A program made the translations under genes and the position numbers. A stretch of DNA of 64,000 bases from Laetmonice hystrix. Taxonomy: Eukaryota. This document shows, piece after piece, positions 57,501-64,000 of the stretch. Numbering within the stretch: position 1 is the first letter of the stretch; every line of letters starts with the position of its first letter. The notes beneath the pieces are model-generated. The model saw only the letters and a list, made by a program, of their open reading frames with translations. It searched no databases and was not told the origin of the DNA. The DNA is taken from the NCBI GenBank assembly GCA_965235115.1, contig OZ249437.1:29636001-29700000 (forward strand). Reading direction: 5' to 3'.

Positions 57501-60500
57501 GCCGGGATTCCATCTGAAGTATATGGGCAAAGTTACCAGCGACAATCGTTTCACAATACCTGCATTTTACGCTGCTGTGAATTCATTTGCTGGCCATGGC
57601 AGAGAATGAACGGTTGACCTTGACTGAAGGAGATTGGGTTCACAGCCAATGAGAGGCTGTATCGAGCGCCTACTTGGATTCTACCAGTTGCAATTAGGAC
57701 TACTTGGACTGACGTATACCGTGATACATCCTTGATGGTGCCATATTACGTAATATTATCTATAGTGGTTGGGCATATTGTTAGTTTCATTGGATATTGA
57801 GAAAAGATTATAATAATCTACCCTCTCTACGTTAGTCATAGTATGTACCTACACTGAGGTTATTGCGTTTTTGTATATCTATAGATAAAACAGCGGTTAC
57901 GAGACACTATCTATTCATATAGTTTTTTATTACGCAATAGATATACCAATAATTCACACCGCATATTAATATAACTGCGTTTATGGATATTTTATATCAG
58001 GGGGGGAGCTATCGGATTTAATGCGTCATGCCTATAGTTAGATCGAGGCGGAGTCGAAAACTTACTTAGGGCAAATAGGGCATATCCACGAATGCAATAT
58101 CTACGTGAACTAGCACACTGCTGGAAATCTAGGCGACATTTCAGTCCCTTCAAAATGTCATTTAATTTAAGTATGGTGTAGCTTTTAGCGGCACCAGCGC
58201 GTGCCAACTTTGTGCTGTCTGTATTGCTGAGGTGTTCTTTCTGTTGATGAGGATATGTGCTTGAGATGTCGTTGTCGTATGTTGACCGACGTCGGTTTTA
58301 TTACTTGACCTTGACGAAATGGGAGGCGAGCAGCCGTCGATTACCGAGAGTCAATCAGTGCCCGCCTCGTGTTCTCAAGGACACAGCTCTGAAACCGTGA
58401 TTAATCTTGAGTGTCGGATCCTGCCGCTATGACTGTCTGCGACGATAAATTAATACTTCAACATTTCGGCAGCATCGTGAATTGAGTGGGTGGGTGGGTA
58501 TTTGGGGTTTTACGCCTTGCAACAGCCAGGGTCATATCACGGCGGTGAAGATGATGATGATGAAAGTCAGTTTTTCCTGGACGATATCCAATTCGGCCTC
58601 ATAGGTAAAAGATAAATATTATTAAGTGACTTGCAGTAGTGTGGAAAGAAGACGGCTATACTTCTTTTTATACAGGGCGGAAATACAAAAATATTCATAC
58701 TATTTAGGACTATTTGAGATATCAACTTGAAAATTTTACCAGATATTAGGAACATCGCCTGTATAGATATATTCAGAAGCTTGTGTCATAGGGTTTTGAT
58801 ATATTTAAAGTATCTAAAGTCGTCTTAGGTGGAGGGTCCTGATATGTGATTATGTCTGGGCCATCTGTACGCTCAAAACTCAACATGGTCCTTCAGGGGC
58901 ATGTATAGACGGGTTCGATCTGATCTACTAGATAAGGTCCATTCCAAGTTCGGCATTCCGAAATTGTTATCACAAAACTCGAAGAACCCCTTGTCCAAAC
59001 CGCGTAGAATTCATAACGGTATAAAATAAAAAGAAGAACAAGCCCCTTGGCATATATCAGTGTTTGTGGCACATGTCTAATCTAGACAGAAGTGGTCTCA
59101 TTTCGACTCGTAGACCTTACACTTCATTGAAAGGCTTGACCTTGGGTAAAGGATATCGATAGCCAATTATTGGATTCAGTACCAATGAGAGGCTGTATCG
59201 AGCCATACTGGATGGTACCATGCTGGGAAATTAATTTGGGCAGATTGACTTTCGCAAACAAGAGAATTCTTAACCGCTGATCTAGAGGTTTAATGTTATC
59301 AAGTTCATTCCATTTCAAACGCTACGTCTCCACTGATTGGATATATATATCGGAGCCGGAATGGTGTCACTGAACTAGATTATTATTCGCCATTTAGAAT
59401 AGCACATACTCTCCATTACTCACTGCAGGAAGAGTCCCCTGGCACTCGTTTAGCAGCCACCAATGAGATTACTGCTCTTAAATATCACTCAATGATAACG
59501 ATATTGATGATGATGATGCGTGCGGTTCGTGTCAATAATACGATGGTCAGTACGAATCTTGTCACGGCCTATTGACCCCCTGGTCGAGTGGTAACTCAAT
59601 AATCTATCACATGCCCTTCACTACGCGTCTTTTGACCTTGGATTAAATCCGGAGGATTAGATCAATCGAAAAATCTAAATATAATCCAATAAAGTAACGC
59701 ATTAGGGTAGATAGTAGGTGGAAAAGCTGATCATTTTGGAGAATCTGCAAACTCCACAGAACCTGGTAAATTCTTAGTGCTGGGGAGATACTGTCGAGAT
59801 ATCGAGAAAAGGCATTTTGTGATAATTCGTCTACGACGTCAAATGATCCCGAGGACACGGTCACCATGATGATTGGTTGTAATCGGGAGGCGCCGAGCAA
59901 CATGCCTGGCAAAGCTAGCCCTCGGTCCATCCAACCATACGTGCCAATTAGATGCCTTAAGTACCCAGCTCCAAGGCTGACCAAGCCCAAGTCTAGCGAT
60001 CGACGCCGGCTCTAAGACCTGTCATTGAACGGCCTCTGCCATAGCGCAGTGGGCTGCTAATGGAGCTGTATACAAGTCTCTGTCAAGTCTCTGAGCGGTA
60101 CGTCCATATGTCAATAACAGCAGCGCTTCATTCTCTGCCATTACCATCGAGGCAAACTTCATCGTAAAGCATGGCACATTTAGACACCAAAGGCGACGCT
60201 CGCAGTCCACTTCCCACACAGACGGGCAGTATTTCAACCGACATCGTTTCCTGAAATCATGCACTATCGATGGTTAACCTAAAATGGAGCCAAACATTAA
60301 CCAAAGCAGATATCAATAAAGAGCGAGAAGTGCAATCTGGTAAAGTCTTCATGGGCGTGCTACCAGTTTACATAAAGGTCGGTAAGCCTAAAATATGTTG
60401 CTGCTCCACCTATAGGCCCCAGAATTATAAAAAAAAACCTATTGCTTAGATTATATGATCTGTTTATGACGGTGTCCATCCATTCACTGGTCTTTGACAA

Positions 60501-63500
60501 CGACCTGTTACAAATCCGTCTTGATAATGGGTTTATTACTCAAAATAATAGTTATCTTCCTTTTGACCACTACTAAAGATTGTTGAAGACCGTGTCGGTG
60601 CCTTGAAGGTTACAACTGTTAACCGACCGGAAACGAGTGTGTGGCAAGGGTCATATTTGTATTTTCTTATTGATAGCTCTGATAGTGGTTTTAGCTGCTG
60701 GATATCAGTTCGGAAGTTGTGTCCTAAATTAATGATAAATTTCAGTATAAGGCGATTCGAGTATTTTCTGTTTAATGAATGCTAGATTATAGATATAATA
60801 AATATCAAATTCTTCTCCCAAAACTCGGTGCCTGAAGTACACAAGACAGAAATATACGAAATTGTCAATTCTTTATTAATAGTCTAAAGACCATTAAAGT
60901 TAGAGTGTTGTCTTCTTCTTTTTCTTCTTCTTGTGACAACTGGCTGGGGATCATGAATAAATAATTATATGAGCAGACAATACCACTAGCTAGAGGATCG
61001 TAGCACGCAGATGTAATTGACAAAGCCCTTTGAAGAAACCTGTACTATGAAAAAACTGGTCTACGCTCCCTTTGGATGGAAGTAATCCAACGATGTTGTG
61101 GCACATCTTTCCTCGCACTCATTAACGAATAAAATGGTGCACTGCGCACGACCACCTGCGCCCACGGTTTGTGTGGGACTGGTATATTTATCATACGCCC
61201 TTACCAGGATTTAGGTAGCAATATAAAATTGCCATTCATGGAGACTGATTCCCTAATGGGTGACAAATCTCAAGACACTGCGTGCTCCTCTTAGAGTGCA
61301 CTCAAACTGAAGAGTGGTAAATTCGATTGCCCAGAGAGCACCCCGCATCAAAGTGCTGTGGAGGCTGGTCAGGATATCACGTTACAAGGGGGACTAGGCT
61401 TGACCGGCGCAGAATCTCTGAAAGCATCCTGTGCCTCATCTTCTGTGTTTCCATGTACGCTAGGCTGTGTAAATGAGGTCGGGGCTTTGTAATATCAGTA
61501 TCCTCGTTCCCAAGACGCTAGGGAGAGTTAATGAGAACCAGGGTCGTCCTCAGTCTGCATGAGATCATCCGCTTCTGTCTATTCAAGACTGGACCGTCGT
61601 CTGTCGATTTGAAATGAAACCCCAACCGGAAGTCGGTCCGGTCCGGCTCAATGCATATTCTGCCAGCATAAATTTTATTGTCCTTCCTCAGATCATTGTA
61701 ATAGTGTATCATTATTATCATCGTCTAGACATAGATAGACCTTCAGCAACAGGTGAATCATGATTGTATACAATCAAAAACACTACTACTAATTACTAGG
61801 CTCACTTCTACTATTAAAGACAAGTTAGCGCGGGGAAGTGTTTTATTTTTCGATGCATCTATATACGCAATATCCGATTGCTATCGGGTACATGAAGAAA
61901 TTTTGGACAATGGTGTATTAAATAACGTGAAAAACTAACAGCTGATCGCCCCATCACCACACCACAGAACATTGCATCGCTTTGTTGCTATACTACCCAC
62001 AACAAACTTAAACCTCCACAGTTTTAAAAACCTGTCAAGTCAGCTTAGTGTCACATTCAAAACTCAAATAAATTGACGTGAGACCAACCACATGTAATGT
62101 GAGAACGCGCAGCTGACTCCGTTGTGATCTAACGCTCTATCCTCGAACCGCTTCGCCATTTTGGATAACCGGGCAACAGGGGAATTCCCTTATGCGCGCG
62201 CAGATGATCTACTTCCGCTATCCTTTTCAGCTTTTTAGCTGATTCTGTTGGATACATCGATTTTCGTCGCTTAAAAGCCGTTTCCTCGGAGATTTATTTG
62301 CAAAGCAAGCGTATGTTTAAATATGGTGGAGAGATACGGGAAGTTAGCATGGGGTTCCCTGGAACTTGGGATGTTATGGGATGGGATGTTGTTTCCATTA
62401 TGGGATTATGGGATGTTGTTCGACGTCATTTACAGCGCCCCTTTCGGAGAGCGGAGGGCAAATTCAAACTCCTGCTATTATCATGTTATAGCTTCGGCCG
62501 GAATCCTAGTTAACAAAGATCATCATACTGCAGTACTGCAGCAACAGTGTGTCTTCACATAATATGTCAATAGGTTGCTATTATAGGTACGTGTTTTATG
62601 CTCCAAGATGCGTGCAGTGTACTTCTAATATGAAACATTATTGATTTTTAGAGAAAAAAGACTTTTCCGGGCAGGGCTTTCAGGTGACGGGTGCGGGGAC
62701 AAGAAAGGCCTCTTTTTACCGTTTACTCTGTTTCGTCTTCTTTTTCTTCGTCTTCGTCTTCTTCTGCTTCTTCTTCTTTCTCATCGTTTTCTAATGTAGA
62801 ATGGCTGTGATGAATACACTGACATGAAAGGCTGCCATAATACATTACCAATCTAGACCCAATGTACCCATCCATAACTACATTGCGAGTTAGCCTTTCA
62901 CGATTCTGCCTCACCAGACATTCACGAACGATCAAAGGGCTCCGACACAGGACTCTGCTCGGTATCATGCAGAACATTTTTGGCAGAACTTCAAAGTCCA
63001 CTTCTAAGGGCAGGAACAAAGCAGGGGACCGCTGCCGGCAAGGTTGTTCCTGCCTTTAGGCCAAATGAGGAAAAATACATTTATACACCGCCACATGTTT
63101 TCGGGATGTGTCGACAGAGAATTCTATTTGTCACGGAAATGAGACATGCATGGCATGACCCTAGAATGAGTGAGACCCTTCCACTGGCTCTACTCAGGTA
63201 GATATTCTCATATAGCAACATAACCCACGTTCATTTATAATTCGCGGTACCTTATCTTGAATAATCATCGTAGAAGATCGTTTTTGCAAAACGTTAGCCA
63301 AAGTAATTTCACGTTTCCAGATTGATGGTCGCTTTTCCAAAGTGATTGGACGTTTATGCAATTAGCAATCGTGGTTTGCCATTTTGTCTAACTGAGTTAT
63401 GTGACGGAATGTTAACTCGAGTGAAAAAGGTGTTCTGTTCATGTTATATACAAGTTATTCAACTAGCCTGAGACAGTGGGAAAATCAGGAGAAAAGTCAA

Positions 63501-64000
63501 TCATTTCCCAGGTCTGATTAGATTCACTGACCACGAATATTACAGTATGCTCAGACGAATACAAGTAACATGCTTGCATTCACTGTTACACCTCAACCTG
63601 TCTTCACATCACATAGATTATTCCATGCTTTTCGTACATATAAGAAGTAATAAAAGCAGGGAATCATTTTTAAATTTCTGTAAGAATCGATAAGAATTAC
63701 CAAACCTCAGGAACGGGAATCCCCCTCCCTCCAATAATTTTCTGAAGTCACACGAGTTAAACGGTCCAACCTTCCGAGAAACAGTCACATCCTCAAGGCC
63801 TGACGTCAAACCTATAACCTATCCCGTGGTCTAGTGCTCACACATAACGATTGACACGTACACCATTACGTCTGGGATGAACGCGAAGGGAAGACACATG
63901 ATTTTTTTATTCTAATCTTAGACTGCATATTCTGTGGACACCTACGGCTACTTAGTGACCCCGAACGCTAACATAACACACTTTCTATGATCCAGCTGCA

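Noticed and set aside
59643-59990. Minus ORF with LIGTYGW resembling an MFS/SLC16 helix; the plus frame QPYVPIRCLK resembles LINE ORF1
   Set aside because: Two conflicting weak resemblances, no convincing splice sites and no supporting exons.
1-64000. tRNA, rRNA, prokaryotic operons, intact transposase or RT ORFs
   Set aside because: None seen. Isolated GGTTCGA B-box-like strings lack cloverleaf context.

Overview
Eukaryotic (metazoan, probably marine invertebrate) draft genomic DNA with three N-gaps. The dominant feature is one + strand, intron-rich M1-family zinc aminopeptidase gene (aminopeptidase N-like). I reconstructed 20 coding exons by hand from 756 to the stop at 51331. All have GT-AG boundaries and consistent phases, giving about 748 aa with GAMENW, HEIAH-X18-E and FDSISYDKG motifs intact. 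The first coding exon (expected N-terminal tail and membrane anchor) lies upstream of the window. Introns hold seven minisatellite arrays (25, 36, 45, 46, 51, 62 and 101 bp units), several MITE-like elements and decayed retroelement fragments. Most long ORFs in the supplied track are repeat artefacts. The most striking observation is a 51-bp minisatellite made of the 3' splice site plus the first 23 nt of exon 6. It places eight decoy acceptors in front of the real one, and every decoy gives a premature stop. Two other candidate poison splice units sit beside other arrays. The region 51.3-64 kb has no confidently identifiable gene.
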